A stretch of DNA of 64,000 nt from Gammaproteobacteria bacterium (GTDB lineage Bacteria > Pseudomonadota > Gammaproteobacteria > UBA4575), in assembly GCA_965221955.1 (NCBI GenBank), contig CBDCTA010000022.1, positions 288,001 through 352,000 of the forward strand, read 5' to 3'. The notes beneath the pieces are model-generated. The model worked only from the letters and a program-made list of their open reading frames with translations, was not told the DNA's origin and made no database searches. Numbering within the stretch: position 1 is the first letter of the stretch; every line of letters begins with the position of its first letter. A program made the translations under genes and the position numbers. Of this stretch, positions 12,995-23,211 are shown piece after piece.

Positions 12995-13795
12995 TTAGTT
13001 TGCCATTGCTGGCGATAATGCCTTCGCTCGGCCTTCATCGCGACGCAGCATCTCGCCGGCTAGCGCTAAATAGGCCAAAGCTCCTCGTGATCGCTTATCA
13101 TAAAGCAGCACCGGCAATCCATGGCTGGGGGCTTCAGCAAGCGTCACATTGCGCGGAATAATGGTGCGGTACACACTATCGCCAAAATGCGAGGTTAGTT
13201 GCGCTGACACGTCATTAGCTAAATTATTACGCGGGTCGAACATGGTACGTAATAAGCCTTCAATTTTTAATTCTGGATTAGCCGACATGCGAATGCGCTC
13301 GATGGTTTGCGTTAAAGCCGAAAGACCTTCTAGTGCATAATATTCACACTGTGTAGGAATGATGACACTGTTTGCTGCGACCAAGCCATTTACGGTGAGC
13401 ATATTTAATGACGGTGGACAATCAATAAAGATGTAGTCGTAATCTTGGTGGACTTGCTCCAATGCTCTGCGCAATTTAAATTCACGTCCCTTCGCTTCTA
13501 ATAATTGCACTTCAGCAGTCGTGAGTTGTTCATTAGCAGGTAATAAGTCATAGCCCCCTTTACTACCATGAATAATACATTCGCTGATAGAAGCTTGTTC
13601 TAGCAATACATGTGCAGTGGTTTTTTCTATCGTGCGCTTATCTACACCTGAGCCCATGGTGGCATTACCTTGAGGATCCAAATCAACCAATAGCACACTG
13701 CGATTCGTTGCCGACATTGAGGCCGCTAAATTCACCGTAGTAGTGGTTTTACCTACTCCACCTTTTTGATTGGTTACTGAAATAATTTTAGTCAT
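12995..13795 (-). CDS. parA: Chromosome partitioning ATPase ParA/Soj
   Basis: NQKGGVGKTT, DLDPQGNAT, DCPPSL, EYYALEG. Confidence 0.98.
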   Translation of the reverse strand: MTKIISVTNQKGGVGKTTTTVNLAASMSATNRSVLLVDLDPQGNATMGSGVDKRTIEKTTAHVLLEQASISECIIHGSKGGYDLLPANEQLTTAEVQLLEAKGREFKLRRALEQVHQDYDYIFIDCPPSLNMLTVNGLVAANSVIIPTQCEYYALEGLSALTQTIERIRMSANPELKIEGLLRTMFDPRNNLANDVSAQLTSHFGDSVYRTIIPRNVTLAEAPSHGLPVLLYDKRSRGALAYLALAGEMLRRDEGRAKALSPAMAN

Positions 13796-13804
13796 GTTTT
13801 GAAA

Positions 13805-14431
13805 TTATATTTTTTCAACAATGGCGATGTGACGTTGAGCCTCAAGCTGTGGAATGTTCACACTAAATATGCCTCGCACATTATATCTTTTTGGCAGTGC
13901 TTCGAGTTGCTTTTGTTTACCAAGCATAAAAATTATTCTTCCTTCTTCATCTAGATTCTCAAGCATGCGCTCGCAGGCGGCTAACAGCTTGGAACTGCTT
14001 GCATACGCACGGCTGACGAGAGTATCGATGGTTTGATTGGGTGAATATTGCTCAACGCGTTGTTGCACGACTTGGGCATTTTTTAACCCAAGCTCAATGC
14101 TAACTTGTTGGATAAATCGGGTTTTCTTAGCGTTGCTATCTAAAAGAGTGAAAATTTTTTCTGGACACATGATTGCCAGCGGTATCCCAGGTAAACCAGC
14201 GCCACTGCCTATATCGAGAATGTATTCTCCTCGCAGATGTTCAAGTACAGAAAGGCTATCCAAAATATGTTTGCTGATGATCTCTTGTGGTTCAGCAATG
14301 GCCGTTAGGTTGTAGGCCTTGTTCCATTTTTGCAGTAACTGCACAAACAGAAGTAGCTGATCGATTTGAGCTTCACTTACAGTTAGCCCTAACTGCTGCA
14401 CACCGCTGCGAAGTCGCTGTGTGAGATCCAT
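13805..14431 (-). CDS. rsmG: 16S rRNA m7G527 methyltransferase
   Basis: WNKAYNLT, HILDSL, LDIGSGAGLPGIPLA. Confidence 0.97.
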   Translation of the reverse strand: MDLTQRLRSGVQQLGLTVSEAQIDQLLLFVQLLQKWNKAYNLTAIAEPQEIISKHILDSLSVLEHLRGEYILDIGSGAGLPGIPLAIMCPEKIFTLLDSNAKKTRFIQQVSIELGLKNAQVVQQRVEQYSPNQTIDTLVSRAYASSSKLLAACERMLENLDEEGRIIFMLGKQKQLEALPKRYNVRGIFSVNIPQLEAQRHIAIVEKI

Positions 14432-14449
14432 GAATAGAATAAAAAACCT

Positions 14450-16339
14450 TTAAGCGCTTTTTCTTGAAGATTTTGCTTTTAGGTGCACCATTAACAAGGA
14501 AATAGCAGAAGGTGTGATGCCAGAAATTCTCGCCGCCTGTCCAATCGTTACCGGTTTAATTTCCATTAACTTTTGCTTGGCTTCATTTGATAAACCAGAA
14601 ATAGCCGCATAATTAAAATCTTCAGGTAGCTTAACTTCTTCTTGTTGCGCCAAACGCTCAACTTGTGCATTTTGACGTTCGATGTAGCCTGCGTACTTAG
14701 CTTGAATTTCCAGTTGCTCACAAATTTCCACGGGAATATCACTTAGATCTTGTCGGCTAAGCTTTTGCAAATTATCAAAGTTAACTTCTGGCCTGCGTAA
14801 TAGTTCATACATACTGTATTCATGTTTTAACTGCGTGCCTAAAATTTCTTGAGCGACTTCTTCATCGACATCACTTGCTTGTACATAAGTGCTCTGTAAA
14901 CGTTGTTGCTGTTGCTCTAAGGTTTCGCGTTTTTCGCTAAAGACTTGCCATTGTTTTTCCGGCAAACATCCTAGCTCATGTGCAATTTCGCTTAAGCGCA
15001 AATCAGCATTGTCCTGGCGCAGCAATAATCTAAATTCAGCACGACTAGTAAACATGCGATAGGGCTCTAGCGTGCCGCGTGTAACAAGATCATCAATCAT
15101 CACACCGATATACGCCTGGTCACGTTGCGGCACCCATGCTTCTTGTTGCTGTGTGTGTCGTACAGCGTTAATGCCTGCGACCAAACCTTGCGCAGCCGCT
15201 TCTTCATAACCTGTAGTGCCATTGATTTGTCCGGCGAAAAACAAACCTTCAATAGCTTTGATTTCTAAACTGGGCTTTAAGTCACGAGGATCAAAATAAT
15301 CATATTCGATTGCATAACCTGGTCGAGTGATGTGCGCGTTTTCAAAACCTTTTATACTGCGTACAAATTTTTGTTGTGTTTCATATGGCAGACTGGTGGA
15401 AATGCCGTTGGGATAAACTTCATGGGTTTGTAAACCTTCAGGCTCGATAAAAATTTGATGTTTGTCGCGTTCCGCAAAGCGCGTTATTTTATCTTCAATT
15501 GAAGGGCAATAACGTGGCCCCGTACTATCGATGTTGCCGTTATACATTGGCGACAATGCTAAATCTTGCTGAATGATTTCGTGAGTAGAAGTGTTCGTAT
15601 AAGTGATATAGCAGTTCACTTGATCAGGATGTAGCGCAGTAGCACCCATGAAGGAAAACACAGGTGTAGGAGTGTCGCCCGGCTGAACTTCTGTTTGCAA
15701 ATAATCGATGGTGCGGCCATCAATCCTTGGTGGTGTGCCAGTCTTTAAACGTCCAACACGTAAGTCTAAATCGCGTAAACGTTGTGCCAATGTTATCGCT
15801 GGAGGATCCCCCGCACGCCCAGCAGCATAATTATCATTTCCGATATGGATTTTACCGCCCAAGAATGTACCGGTAGTCAGTACCACAGATTCTGCGTAGA
15901 AGGTCAGACCGCTTTGGGTCATTACGCCACAAATACGATCTTTCTCAATTAATAAATCATCAACCGCTTGTTGAAAAAGTTGTAAGTTGGCTTGATTCTC
16001 TACTTGCTCACGAATTGCGGCTTTATAAAGAACCCGATCTGCTTGCGCGCGTGTCGCACGTACTGCAGGTCCTTTACGTGAATTGAGCACGCGAAATTGA
16101 ATGCCTCCCATATCTGCTGCCAAGGCCATCGCGCCACCCATGGCATCAATTTCTTTAACTAAATGGCTTTTACCAATACCGCCAATCGCGGGGTTACAAC
16201 TCATTTGGCCAATGGTTTCGATGTTATGGGTAATCAGCAAGGTGCTTGCACCCATACGGGCTGCGGCTAAGGCCGCCTCGGTACCTGCATGGCCACCACC
16301 AATGACAATGACTTCATAACGTTGAGTATTCTTATTCAT
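14450..16339 (-). CDS. mnmG: tRNA uridine-5-carboxymethylaminomethyl modification enzyme GidA
   Basis: [42 protein letters not shown]. Confidence 0.99.
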   Translation of the reverse strand: MNKNTQRYEVIVIGGGHAGTEAALAAARMGASTLLITHNIETIGQMSCNPAIGGIGKSHLVKEIDAMGGAMALAADMGGIQFRVLNSRKGPAVRATRAQADRVLYKAAIREQVENQANLQLFQQAVDDLLIEKDRICGVMTQSGLTFYAESVVLTTGTFLGGKIHIGNDNYAAGRAGDPPAITLAQRLRDLDLRVGRLKTGTPPRIDGRTIDYLQTEVQPGDTPTPVFSFMGATALHPDQVNCYITYTNTSTHEIIQQDLALSPMYNGNIDSTGPRYCPSIEDKITRFAERDKHQIFIEPEGLQTHEVYPNGISTSLPYETQQKFVRSIKGFENAHITRPGYAIEYDYFDPRDLKPSLEIKAIEGLFFAGQINGTTGYEEAAAQGLVAGINAVRHTQQQEAWVPQRDQAYIGVMIDDLVTRGTLEPYRMFTSRAEFRLLLRQDNADLRLSEIAHELGCLPEKQWQVFSEKRETLEQQQQRLQSTYVQASDVDEEVAQEILGTQLKHEYSMYELLRRPEVNFDNLQKLSRQDLSDIPVEICEQLEIQAKYAGYIERQNAQVERLAQQEEVKLPEDFNYAAISGLSNEAKQKLMEIKPVTIGQAARISGITPSAISLLMVHLKAKSSRKSA

Positions 16340-16400
16340 GGTTACTTATTGTACTGAAGCACAGGAGATTACTCGACACCCCGAAAGTGTCATCACAAGC

Positions 16401-17750
16401 TTATTTCCCTATACAAAACTCTGAGAAGATCTTGCCTAGTAGGTCATCAGAGGTAAATTCACCCGTGATCTCATTTAAATACTGTTGCGCAGAACGCAAG
16501 TCTTCAGCGGCTAGCTCAAGTGTCTCGGTATTAACCAAACGTTGTGATGCAAGTTGAATATTTTGCAACGCTTGTTGTAAAGCGATCACGTGGCGGCTTC
16601 TGGCTAAGAAAGGAGTTTCACCAGTCTCCTGCTTGCCAAGGTGTTCCCCAATAAAATGGATTAACTCCTTTATTCCCTGCTCTGTAGTTGCGGAGATACA
16701 AAGATGCTCACTGTCTTGTTGCTTGGTAACTAAATCAATTTTATTAAAAACCGTTACAACTTTATTTACATCTAATTCTTTTGGGAGATCGTATTGTTGG
16801 TCATTGCTTTGTTTACCTTCACTGGCATCAATAAGCCATAAAATAAGATCAGCTTGTTGTAATTCTTGTTGCGCACGCTCGATGCCTTTGCTTTCTACTA
16901 TATCTTGCGTCTCGCGAAGACCTGCTGTATCGATTAAACGCACAGGAATACCACAAATCTCAATGTCTGCGGTTAATGGATCACGCGTGGTGCCTGGTAT
17001 TTCGGTCACGATCGCAACATCGCTCTGTGCTAACACATTTAACAAACTTGATTTACCCGCGTTGGGTCTTCCCGCAATGGCAATCGTAGCGCCTTGTTGC
17101 ATGCGTGCTCCAAGTTTGGCTTGATCTAACAACTCTTTTAGCTTTGTATGTAATTCTTTTAGTTGCTTTTGCACGTGTGTTAATTGCTGACGGTCTATTT
17201 CTTCGTCAGGAAAATCTAGATGGGCTTCTATATGCATACGTATTTGAATCAAGCGAGTAAGCACTTCTGAAACACGTTGTGAAAACGCGCCCTGCATAGA
17301 TTTTGTCGCAGTGCGTACAGCTTGTTCAGTGGTACTGTTGATTAAGTCGGCTATCGCTTCGGCTTGCGTTAAGTCGATTTTATTATTTAAAAACGCGCGC
17401 AAACTAAATTCACCCGCTGTTGCCAAACGCGCACCGTGATCACAAAGTGTTTTTAACAGTGCTTCTGCTACCAGTGGATTGCCATGGCAATGAAACTCAA
17501 CAACATCTTCGCCCGTAAACGATGCGGGTGCTTGAAAATAAATTGCGATACCTTGATCAATTAGTGTGTCCTCACGAGTAAAAAAATTTGTGAAGCTAGC
17601 TTGGCGCGCAGGGAGCATTGCATGCGTAAGTTTTTCAGCAACTTCAAGTGCGCCTTTGCCTGACAAACGAACAATAGCAAGTGCGCTGCGCCCTGGAGGG
17701 GTGGCAACTGCACAGATCAATTCTTTTTGTGGGTTGTTTACGTCGGGCAT
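16401..17750 (-). CDS. mnmE: tRNA modification GTPase TrmE
   Basis: SFTGEDVVE, GRPNAGKSS, GTTRD, DTAG, NKID, C-terminal FCIGK. Confidence 0.99.
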   Translation of the reverse strand: MPDVNNPQKELICAVATPPGRSALAIVRLSGKGALEVAEKLTHAMLPARQASFTNFFTREDTLIDQGIAIYFQAPASFTGEDVVEFHCHGNPLVAEALLKTLCDHGARLATAGEFSLRAFLNNKIDLTQAEAIADLINSTTEQAVRTATKSMQGAFSQRVSEVLTRLIQIRMHIEAHLDFPDEEIDRQQLTHVQKQLKELHTKLKELLDQAKLGARMQQGATIAIAGRPNAGKSSLLNVLAQSDVAIVTEIPGTTRDPLTADIEICGIPVRLIDTAGLRETQDIVESKGIERAQQELQQADLILWLIDASEGKQSNDQQYDLPKELDVNKVVTVFNKIDLVTKQQDSEHLCISATTEQGIKELIHFIGEHLGKQETGETPFLARSRHVIALQQALQNIQLASQRLVNTETLELAAEDLRSAQQYLNEITGEFTSDDLLGKIFSEFCIGK

Positions 17751-17775
17751 CAGCGCGCCCTTTTAAATAGCTATA

Positions 17776-19473
17776 TTAGTAAGCTTCGTTTTCGATACGT
17801 TTGGTGATGACATACTGTTGAATAATCGACAAAATATTATTCACTAACCAATACAATACTAAACCAGCCGGGAAGAACGCCATAAAAATAGACATCATAA
17901 TTGGCATCATGGCAAATATTTTTGCCTGCATAGGGTCAGGTGGTGCTGGGTTCAATTTAAATTGCACATACATGCTGATGCCCATTAGTAACGGCAACAC
18001 AAAAATAGGGTCGCGCACGGATAAATCCTGAATCCAAAACATAAATGGCGCTTGTCGTAACTCTACACTTTCAATTAACACCCAATATAAAGCCAAGAAC
18101 ACAGGCATTTGAATCAAAATGGGCAAACAACCTTTTGCTGGGTTGACCTTTTCTTTGCGGTATAAGTCCCAAGTGGCTTGACCAAGTTTTTGTTTGTCGT
18201 CTACATAGCGTTCTTGCAAGGCTTTAATACGTGGTTGCAATTTGCGCATACGCGCCATTGACTTGTAACTGGTTTCAGACAACTTATAAAAAATAAGTTT
18301 AATCACTACGGTGACCAAAATAATCGCCCAACCCCAGTTGCCTACCAACTTGTGGAACCACTGTAGCAACCAAAACAATGGTTTTGACAAAATGGAAAAC
18401 ATGCCGTAGTCGACGCTTAACTCTAAACCTTTGGCAAGGTCTTTCATGTCATCTTGAATTTTCGGGCCCACATACAAACGTCGATTGAATTCAGCACTTG
18501 AAGTAGGAGCAATCGTTTTTGCTTCTGAAAGCATACCAATCAATAACTGTTTCTCGCCCGCAGCTTTTACTTCTTTACTGTAAAAACGATTTTGCTCATC
18601 TTGTTCAGGTATCCATGCAGACACAAAGTAGTGTTGCAACACTGCAATCCAACCACCATCCACCGGCATATTGATAGGTTCATCTTGCACATCATCGAAA
18701 GCATGTTTGTGATACGCGCCATCAAAATAAGCGGTGCCCGTATAGGTTGGTAAACGTAACCAGCTGCGATTTTCTGGAACCGGACTATGGCGCAATTGTT
18801 GATATTGTCGACCCACCCAAGTTGTGTCGCCTTGATTCATTACGTGATGTTTAACATCAAAAACAAAGGACCCGCGATAAAAAGTGTAGCTTTTTTCAAC
18901 CTCTATTCCATTTTCACCCGTCCACAAAAGCTTTACCTGCAATTCATCTTCACCCTCGCCCAACTGATACTCGGTTTTATCAACGCGATATATTTCATGA
19001 TGTGTTGGTGCTGCGCCACGAATAGCTTGGCCATTGATTTTATCGTGCTGTAAACCGGATTGAGCAATATAGATACGCGCATCACTACGCATGAGTCGAA
19101 ACGCTTGGTCTTTTTGCTGTAAAGAAACTGGGTAGGTAGGTAGCTCCACTTGGCGAACATCACCACCGCGAGTATCAATAATCAGATCTAATACATCTGT
19201 ACGCACATGAATCTTTTTGCTTTTACTTTGTGGCTGATTCGTTTCGTTTACATTATTCGTTGTAGACGCCTGCGACTGTGGGGTATTTACTGCTTCGGGA
19301 ATATCATCTGAGCTTTCGCTGTAACTATTGCTATCAATAGCTTCGCCTATTTGCTGGCTGTTTACATCTTGTTGTGCAACGGATGGTGGCGTCTGTTCTT
19401 GTTGCCAGGTAAGCCAGATAATGTATAGCAAAAAAACGAGCGCTAAATACAAAAAGAATCTTTGGTTTTCCAT
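17776..19473 (-). CDS. yidC: Membrane protein insertase YidC
   Basis: VDYG, GNWGWAII, GCLPILIQMP, GLVLYW. Confidence 0.98.
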   Translation of the reverse strand: MENQRFFLYLALVFLLYIIWLTWQQEQTPPSVAQQDVNSQQIGEAIDSNSYSESSDDIPEAVNTPQSQASTTNNVNETNQPQSKSKKIHVRTDVLDLIIDTRGGDVRQVELPTYPVSLQQKDQAFRLMRSDARIYIAQSGLQHDKINGQAIRGAAPTHHEIYRVDKTEYQLGEGEDELQVKLLWTGENGIEVEKSYTFYRGSFVFDVKHHVMNQGDTTWVGRQYQQLRHSPVPENRSWLRLPTYTGTAYFDGAYHKHAFDDVQDEPINMPVDGGWIAVLQHYFVSAWIPEQDEQNRFYSKEVKAAGEKQLLIGMLSEAKTIAPTSSAEFNRRLYVGPKIQDDMKDLAKGLELSVDYGMFSILSKPLFWLLQWFHKLVGNWGWAIILVTVVIKLIFYKLSETSYKSMARMRKLQPRIKALQERYVDDKQKLGQATWDLYRKEKVNPAKGCLPILIQMPVFLALYWVLIESVELRQAPFMFWIQDLSVRDPIFVLPLLMGISMYVQFKLNPAPPDPMQAKIFAMMPIMMSIFMAFFPAGLVLYWLVNNILSIIQQYVITKRIENEAY

Positions 19474-19485
19474 ACTATTTTGTTT

Positions 19486-19725
19486 TTAATTATGTGTATG
19501 GTTTTCCGGAACCGGGTCTACACCGCCAGCATGCCATGGATGACAACTAGCAAGACGTTTTAAAGTAAGCCAACTGCCGCGATAGGCACCGTGTTTTTGC
19601 AATGCCTCTAATGCATACTGTGAACAGGTTGGATGGAACCTGCATTGTTGACCCAACCACGGGCTTAATACCAACCGATAAACCTTAACCAATACAATAA
19701 GAACTTTGCTAATTACTCTGTTCAT
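19486..19725 (-). CDS. yidD: Membrane protein insertion efficiency factor
   Basis: CRFHPTCSQY and CHPW..GG.DPVP. Confidence 0.97.
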   Translation of the reverse strand: MNRVISKVLIVLVKVYRLVLSPWLGQQCRFHPTCSQYALEALQKHGAYRGSWLTLKRLASCHPWHAGGVDPVPENHTHN

Positions 19726-19735
19726 AGTGGCCTAG

Positions 19736-20092
19736 TTAGTATTGTTCCCACAACGATTCCATTTGTAGTCTGAGCCTGTGTTTATACTTTGGTCTGTTAA
19801 TTGCTTTAATGGGCCGCTTTAAAATTACAATAAAGTCGTTTGCAGGTAATGACGTTTTAGCCAATCGAAAACTTTCTCGAATAATTCGCTTAATTATGTT
19901 TCGATCTACAGCACGTTTAGCGTGACGTTTTGCAACGATGACTCCTAGGCGCGGTTGCCCTATCTCATTTTCTCTAGATAGTATTGTAAAAAATTCGCTG
20001 CTCGATTTTGTTGCCTGATCAAAGACTCGAGTAAATTGGCTTGCGTTCTGTAGCCGATCCCGATGTGTGTACGCGTTAACTTTTGCTTGCAA
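19736..20092 (-). CDS. rnpA: Ribonuclease P protein component
   Basis: RLG..VAK....AV.RN.IKR..RE.FR motif; lies between rpmH and yidD. Confidence 0.95.
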   Translation of the reverse strand: MQAKVNAYTHRDRLQNASQFTRVFDQATKSSSEFFTILSRENEIGQPRLGVIVAKRHAKRAVDRNIIKRIIRESFRLAKTSLPANDFIVILKRPIKAINRPKYKHRLRLQMESLWEQY

Positions 20093-20125
20093 GAATTCTT
20101 TGTCAAAAAATCTAAAGCAAAATAA

Positions 20126-20260
20126 TTACGGAGCTAAACGTGCGCGTCCGCGTGCACGACGAGCATTGATTACTGCACGACCACCTTTTGTTTTCATTCT
20201 AGCTCTAAAGCCGTGTGTGCGTGCGCGCTTTAAGTTGCTAGGTTGATAAGTGCGTTTCAT
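20126..20260 (-). CDS. rpmH: 50S ribosomal protein L34 (below the ORF-track size cutoff)
   Basis: Manual translation: [44 protein letters not shown]. Confidence 0.98.
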   Translation of the reverse strand: MKRTYQPSNLKRARTHGFRARMKTKGGRAVINARRARGRARLAP

Positions 20261-20440
20261 GATATTCCAATTTAATTTTTAACTAATTTAAATCTTATTA
20301 ATTTAATTATTCTATTTTAGACTCCTAAGCCAAGTTTTAACTTAGCCCTACAATTAAATACTTAGAATAATTATTTAATAAGGTGCGCAAAAATAGTCGC
20401 GCTACTTACATTTGTCAACGGCTATTGTCTGCCATTAAAC

Positions 20441-20449
20441 AGTGGATAA
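20441..20449 (-). promoter_or_regulatory. DnaA box (1 mismatch) in the dnaA promoter region
   Basis: AGTGGATAA, reverse complement TTATCCACT, about 75 bp upstream of dnaA. Confidence 0.6.
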
Positions 20450-20524
20450 CAATCCTATTACTGGATAGACTGATCTACCCCATAACGATTTTACAATAAT
20501 TATAAGCATACTGGAGTAAGCTGC

Positions 20525-21871
20525 GTGTCTACTATTCTCTGGAAATCCTGTGTCCACAAACTCGAGTCTGAATTATCCGAGCAACAACTCAATACTTGGA
20601 TTCGGCCACTACATGCAATCGAGGAAAAAGGTGAACTCACCCTATTAGCACCGAATCGTTTTGTGCTCGATTGGGTACAAGATCATTTTCTTGCTCGTAT
20701 TGATGAGCTCATAGCTAGTGATAGTGCTACAAGTGGCCATAAGGTCAACCTCGAAATTGGTAGCAGTGAACGTAAAGTAGTTTCTCAAAGTAATGAACAG
20801 GCTGAGAAAATCCAGGCAGTAAAATCAACCACTGCCAAACTACAAAACTTCAGTCATAACCTTAATCCGAATTTCACTTTTGACACTTTTGTTGAAGGTA
20901 AATCTAACCAACTACCAAAAGCGGCAGCTCTACAAGTGGCTAATCACCCTGGTGAAGCCTACAACCCACTACTTATTTACGGTGGTGTAGGTCTTGGTAA
21001 AACACACTTATTGCATGCTGTTGGTAACCAAATGCTGGTACAAAACCCAGCTGCAAAAATTCTATATCTACACTCCGAGCGTTTTGTAGCCGACATGGTT
21101 AAGGCCTTGCAACATAATGCCATTAGTGAATTCAAACGTTTTTATCGCTCTGTAGATGCATTGCTTATTGATGACATCCAGTTCTTTGCAGGCAAGGAAC
21201 GTTCCCAAGAGGAATTTTTCCACACATTTAATACTCTCCTCGAAGGCCAGCGCCAAGTAATTTTGACTTGTGACCGCTATCCAAAAGAAGTTGAAGATTT
21301 ACAAGAGCGTTTAAAGTCGCGTTTTGGCTGGGGCTTAACACAATCTATTGAGCCTCCGGAACTAGAGACTCGTGTTGCTATCATGCAGCGCAAAGCTGAA
21401 TTACTACATATTGAGCTACCCAGTGAGGTCGCGTTTTTCATCGGTAAACGCATTCGTTCTAACATCCGCGAACTCGAAGGTGCGTTACGTAGAGTCATCG
21501 CAAATGCACAATTTACAGGCTCTGCCATCACTTTAGATTTTGCTAAGGAAGCACTACACGATTTACTAGCACTACAAGATAAGTTGGTAACGATTGATAA
21601 TATTCAAAAAACTGTTGCGGAGTATTTCAAAATCCGAGTTTCAGATCTGTTATCCGCACGACGCAGTCGCTCCATTACGCGCCCGCGACAAATTGCAATG
21701 TCTCTAGCAAAAGAATTAACCAACCACAGCCTGCCAGAAATTGGCGATGCGTTTGGTGGTAGAGATCATACGACCGTATTGCATGCATGCAGAAAAATTA
21801 CATGCTTGCGTGAAAGTGATACGCGTATTAGCGATGATTACATTAATTTATTGCGTAGCTTAAGCAGTTAA
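20525..21871 (+). CDS. dnaA: Chromosomal replication initiator DnaA
   Basis: [33 protein letters not shown]; GTG start. Confidence 0.99.
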   Translation: MSTILWKSCVHKLESELSEQQLNTWIRPLHAIEEKGELTLLAPNRFVLDWVQDHFLARIDELIASDSATSGHKVNLEIGSSERKVVSQSNEQAEKIQAVKSTTAKLQNFSHNLNPNFTFDTFVEGKSNQLPKAAALQVANHPGEAYNPLLIYGGVGLGKTHLLHAVGNQMLVQNPAAKILYLHSERFVADMVKALQHNAISEFKRFYRSVDALLIDDIQFFAGKERSQEEFFHTFNTLLEGQRQVILTCDRYPKEVEDLQERLKSRFGWGLTQSIEPPELETRVAIMQRKAELLHIELPSEVAFFIGKRIRSNIRELEGALRRVIANAQFTGSAITLDFAKEALHDLLALQDKLVTIDNIQKTVAEYFKIRVSDLLSARRSRSITRPRQIAMSLAKELTNHSLPEIGDAFGGRDHTTVLHACRKITCLRESDTRISDDYINLLRSLSS

Positions 21872-22096
21872 TACATAACAAATTCACTTTCATGTTGATT
21901 GGCTGTGCATAAAAAGTGATATAGTTTGAACAACTTTTCTGTTACAGATTTATACCTCTGGTATTCAGCACAAAAGATCATATGTTGAACTGCTTTCACT
22001 CAAGTAATATTTTTATAAGGTGTTGACTTTAAAGTATTAATTAATGTTATCCACAGAAAAATAGTCGCTCTATAACAACTACTAAATATATATAAA
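21872..22096. other. Probable oriC (dnaA-dnaN intergenic region)
   Basis: TGTGCATAA (21904-21912, reverse complement TTATGCACA). Perfect TTATCCACA (22047-22055), then a spacer and DnaA-trio-like TAT AAC AAC TAC TAA (22071-22085). AT-rich. Confidence 0.7.
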
Positions 22097-23197
22097 ATGC
22101 AGTTATCTATAACACGCGAAGATCTCCTAAAACCTCTTCAACAGATCATTGGTGCAGTGGAACGTAGACAAACGATGCCTGCGCTAAGTAACCTTCTTCT
22201 TCGTGGTAATGATAAAGATCTGACCATAACGGCTACCGATCTAGAAGTAGAATTGGTTGCTAATTTGGAAATTGGTCTGGAAGAACAAGGCACGACTACA
22301 ATTCCAGCAAGAAAACTTTTAGATATTTGTCGTTCTTTACCAGATCAAGCAAAAATTGCGATTCAATCCAGTAGTGAAAAAGTTAAAGTGAGTTCAGGGC
22401 GCAGTCGCTTTTCATTAGCCACATTGCCCGCAGAAGATTTTCCAACCATTGATGATTTAGAACTTGATCAAAATGTAGTAATTAGCGAAGCTGAATTTAA
22501 AGCTCTAATTGATAAAACCGCTTTTGCCATGGCGCAGCAAGATGTTCGTTATTATTTGAATGGATTGTTGCTCGAGGTCGATGCTGAGCAAGTTCGTACT
22601 GTTGCAACGGATGGGCATCGTTTAGCTCTCTCACAGCTAGATCATAAGTCTGATATTGAAGGTTCACGACAAATTATCTTGCCACGCAAAGGCGTGCAGG
22701 AGTTGCAGCGATTGTTGACCAACGAAGACAACAAGATAACCATTGCTTTAGGTAAAAATCACATGCGGGTGAATTTAGCTAATTTGCAATTTACTTCTAA
22801 GCTGATTGATGGCCGTTTCCCGGAGTATCAGCGTGTCTTGCCAGAAGAGTGTGACAACCGAGCAAAAATCGATAAGGTTCAACTCAAACAAGCACTTACA
22901 AGAGCTTCAATTTTATCGAATGAGAAGTACAAAGGTATTCGTTTAATTTTGGATGACAACACATTAGTCATTCAGGCGCACAATCCAGAACACGAAGAAG
23001 CTGAAGATGAGATTGAAATTGAGTACCAAGGTGACCGTTTAGAAGTGGGCTTCAATGTTGTGTATCTTTTAGATGTACTTAATGCATTGGAATCCGATGC
23101 ATTGGAAGTCATTATTCAAGATGCTAATAGCAGCGCACTTATCGTGTCTCCAGGTTCTCAAGCCAGCCGCTACGTTGTAATGCCAATGCGACTCTAA
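22097..23197 (+). CDS. dnaN: DNA polymerase III beta clamp
   Basis: ATDLE, QQDVRYYLNG, ATDGHRLA, SKLIDGRFPEY, YVVMPMRL. Confidence 0.99.
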   Translation: MQLSITREDLLKPLQQIIGAVERRQTMPALSNLLLRGNDKDLTITATDLEVELVANLEIGLEEQGTTTIPARKLLDICRSLPDQAKIAIQSSSEKVKVSSGRSRFSLATLPAEDFPTIDDLELDQNVVISEAEFKALIDKTAFAMAQQDVRYYLNGLLLEVDAEQVRTVATDGHRLALSQLDHKSDIEGSRQIILPRKGVQELQRLLTNEDNKITIALGKNHMRVNLANLQFTSKLIDGRFPEYQRVLPEECDNRAKIDKVQLKQALTRASILSNEKYKGIRLILDDNTLVIQAHNPEHEEAEDEIEIEYQGDRLEVGFNVVYLLDVLNALESDALEVIIQDANSSALIVSPGSQASRYVVMPMRL

Positions 23198-23211
23198 GGC
23201 ATAAGTTAGCC

